From contig JBEUKZ010000126.1 in assembly GCA_048128005.1 (NCBI GenBank), positions 124,001 through 188,000 on the forward strand: DNA of 64,000 bases, read 5' to 3'. The notes under the pieces were generated by a model. The model was not told the origin of the DNA and searched no databases. It saw only the letters and a list, made by a program, of their open reading frames with translations. The translations under genes were made by a program, and so were the position numbers. The stretch is from Veleropilina oligotropha (taxonomy: Eukaryota). Below, piece by piece: positions 61,401-64,000 of the stretch (positions within the stretch are counted from its first letter, which is position 1; each line of letters opens with the position of its first letter).

Positions 61401-63048
61401 AATGCTAAACTTAACGTTGAAAATGGTGAAAAATACTGAAGTCATTTGCGCATAAAAAGTTGGTCAAGGTCACGAGGGGCGGCGGACAGAAAGCGAGGGC
61501 AGCACCGATATGTAATGGGCACTCTATAACAAAGTTGTTGTTCAATTTTGGTGATCATAGGACTTGTAGTATTCCAGAAACTGAGTTAAACGCTAAACTT
61601 AATGTTGAAAATGGTAAAAAATACCGACGGCATGTTCGCGTAAAACATAGGTCAAGGTCGCGAGAGCAACACCGATATGTAATGGGCACTCTATAACACA
61701 GTTGTTGTCCAATTTTGGTGATCATAGGATTTGTAGTATTGCTGAAACTGAGTTAAATGCTAAACTTAACGTTGAAAATGGTGAAAAATACCGAAGTCAT
61801 TTGCGCGTAAAAAGTAGGTCAAGGTCACGAGGGGCGGTGGACAGAAAGCGAGGGCAGCACCGATATGTAATGTGCACTCTATAACAAAGTTGTTGTTCAA
61901 TTTTGGTGATCATAGGACTTGTAGTATTCCAGAAACTGAGTTAAACGCTAAACTTAATGTTGAAAAGGGTGAAAAATATCGAAGGCATGTTCGTGTAAAA
62001 CATAGGTCAAGGCCGCGAGAGCAACACCGATATGTAATGGGCACTCTATAACAAAGTTGTTGTCTAATTTTGGTGATCATAGGACTTGTAGTATTTCAGA
62101 AACTGAGTTAAATGCTAAACTAAACGTTGAAAATGGTGAAAAATACCGAAGTCATTTGTGCTTAAAAAGTAGGTCTAGGTCACGAGGGCAGCATTCATAT
62201 GTAATGTGTACACTGTAATAAAGATACTGTCAAATATGATGAACCTAGGACGTACACTTTGTTATAAACAGAGCTAGACACAAATGTTAACAAATGTTGA
62301 CGCCGCCGACGACGACGCTGACGGAAAAGCTATACCTATGTCCCACTTCTGCTCCACAGGCGGGACAATAAACAGAATTCTTAAATTAATCTTCTAGCAA
62401 TATCGTACACTTAGACTTATACGCATAAAATTTCCCGATATATATATATATACAATATAAATATTACCTGAGTCGTGACGCTGCTCTGACTGCTGACACT
62501 CATCGACCGAGTCCGGGGAACGTGAAGGTTGCTGCCTGCGACATTCCTGTAACATTGATGATGAAATCGAGTAAGTCATAAGAAATTATTGATAAAATTT
62601 AAGTACACTGTTTACCAATTAATATGCAACATGTACACAAATAAATTATCAAACTAATCATAAAAGAAATACACACACCCATACTTGTTAGAGGAAAAAT
62701 AATGACAGAAAAGAGTGATGTCAGTATTATAAGAGAGTACCTATAATCAATTCATAAATCTTTGAAATTATCGCAGTTTAAAATATTATCTTCATTTCAT
62801 CTGAAAATTTGCATAAATAATTATATGCGCAAGTGCGAATGCATGAAGGTCTTGGCTGGAGTGCTATCACCATATATGGTCATTGTTTATTGCATATATA
62901 CTTGGCGAACGATGGCCATGCGTTGTCCAGGTCATATCCGCGGACGGCCAGATCGAACTGGATGGAGTTGACGTCGTAGAGAGAGCTGGTGATGGCAAAA
63001 CTCCGTTCATGATTCATCCAGATCGACTTCTTGGGCAGGTACCAGTCG
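37476..63048 (-). CDS. FYCO1: FYVE and coiled-coil domain autophagy adaptor 1 (5' exons outside window). Exons: 62902-63048, 62468-62546, 60096-60310, 56863-58132, 53488-55449, 52287-52427, 50757-50828, 50140-50187, 47576-47694, 45290-45428, 44730-44803, 43835-44019, 42856-43117, 41881-42036, 38861-39020, 37895-38064, 37476-37542
   Basis: RUN end ([26 protein letters not shown]), long coiled coil, FYVE ([27 protein letters not shown]), LIR ([11 protein letters not shown]) and GOLD ([29 protein letters not shown]). GT-AG junctions with matching phases. Confidence 0.92.
39949..40760. repeat. 28-bp minisatellite (GGATATGTATACTGGAGTCGCACACGAA) x ~29
   Basis: Near-perfect head-to-tail array in a FYCO1 intron, ending in GGGTTAA. 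Confidence 0.95.
40944..41464 (-). mobile_element. Hairpin-ended element family C, copy 2
   Basis: Reverse-complement match to 31057-31576. Confidence 0.7.
44130..44583 (-). mobile_element. Kolobok-like MITE, copy 3
   Basis: Same TIRs, TTAA TSD, reverse orientation. Confidence 0.88.
45923..47515. mobile_element. HINE-like composite element with repeated ~145-bp units
   Basis: TATCCCCC subterminal motifs at both ends, a terminal hairpin and repeated GCACATACCAAATTTGAAAACATTCCGTTAAG units. Confidence 0.5.
47765..47890. repeat. 21-bp tandem repeat (AAAAACATATCTATCGTTTCC)n
   Basis: Seen directly. Confidence 0.9.
49693..50118 (+). mobile_element. Hairpin-ended element family D, copy 1
   Basis: TTATCTTGATT..AATCAAGATAA plus a long terminal palindrome; inverted copy at 52855-53281. 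Confidence 0.7.
51165..52284. repeat. C-rich ~26-bp minisatellite (CCCCCTCTATCCCCCTYCTGCTTGTC)n
   Basis: Seen directly; abuts a FYCO1 splice donor. Confidence 0.95.
52855..53281 (-). mobile_element. Hairpin-ended element family D, copy 2
   Basis: Reverse-complement match to 49693-50118. Confidence 0.7.
55737..56177 (-). mobile_element. Kolobok-like MITE, copy 4 (more diverged)
   Basis: Same TIRs and internal sequence; TSD degraded. Confidence 0.82.
58222..58522 (+). mobile_element. SINE family A copy
   Basis: CCTTGGGCAAG and GGGTACCTGG core with an (ATT)n-like tail. Confidence 0.75.
60885..62372. repeat. Array of ~150-180-bp tandem units inside a HINE-like element
   Basis: Repeated TTTGGTGATCATAGGACTTGTAGTATTCCAGAAACTGAG units, then (GAC)n and a terminal hairpin TGTCCC..GGGACA. 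Confidence 0.75.
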
Positions 63049-63237
63049 CTACAAGGATAGTCATCGCGGTAAATTAAATTATATAGTCAGGGTTCAAGCT
63101 AGGAAAAAGTGACAGGGAGAAGTGACTTCTCTTTTGAAAGTCAACAGGGAGAAGTGAGGGCATGACAGGGAGAAGTGGGAGTTTTCACAGGGAGACGTGA
63201 AATGTATAGCAAGGACGTGATTTACAAGAAATTTGCA

Positions 63238-63498
<261 letters not shown>

Positions 63499-64000
63499 GT
63501 ATATAATACTTATATAAACTAACATAATGAACACACTATAATGCAACATCTACTATAAAGACTATATGTATACATCTATATATAGCTAACATGTGTTTAC
63601 TACATCAATGCTAATTGACTAATTTTACCGAGCCAGACACTGCCCGACATTACATTTGACACAAGTGAAATGAACAATGGGGAAACAAGTCGTACTTGAA
63701 ATAGGACATACTGCAGCAAATAAATAGGCCTAGTCAACCAAGTACCAAAATAGATTCATTTTAAAAAGTACCAATGGAATATAAAATTTGAATTATGTTG
63801 AAGCGATATCTGATTGTTTCAATCATATAATAATTAGCATTAAACGCTAACACCCCCAGGTCAAAATGGGATCGTCTTTCAAGTTCAAGTAGCCTAATCA
63901 CGACACGCTGGTCGTCGCGACTTGCGATAACATAAACACCTTTTCTTTCAAAGTTTGTCGTGAGATTAAATGTTTTCATAGCAATAAATTAATAGTATGC

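Overview
This is animal (invertebrate, probably lophotrochozoan) genomic DNA. Bases 1 to ~14.2 kb are the right-hand part of a GC-rich, intronless, densely packed endogenous Polinton-like dsDNA virus. It encodes candidate major and minor capsid proteins, an A32-type packaging ATPase, an rve integrase, about seven predicted membrane proteins and a zinc-finger ORF. Two of its ORFs are missing from the ORF track: a 57-aa histone-H1-like ORF and a membrane protein with PSAP plus LYPxL late-domain motifs. It also has a ~1,290-aa replicase (HeH / vOTU-like protease / divergent pPolB / SF1 helicase / HNH) broken by two frameshifts. The AT-rich host DNA that follows holds a decayed L2/CR1-group LINE, an intact but catalytically degenerate piggyBac-derived gene, and the last four exons of beta-mannosidase (+ strand). 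It also holds 18 exons of a convergent FYCO1 (- strand; RUN end, coiled coil, FYVE, LIR, GOLD), plus many SINEs, MITEs and tandem repeats. All assignments come from motif recognition by eye; no database searches were run.
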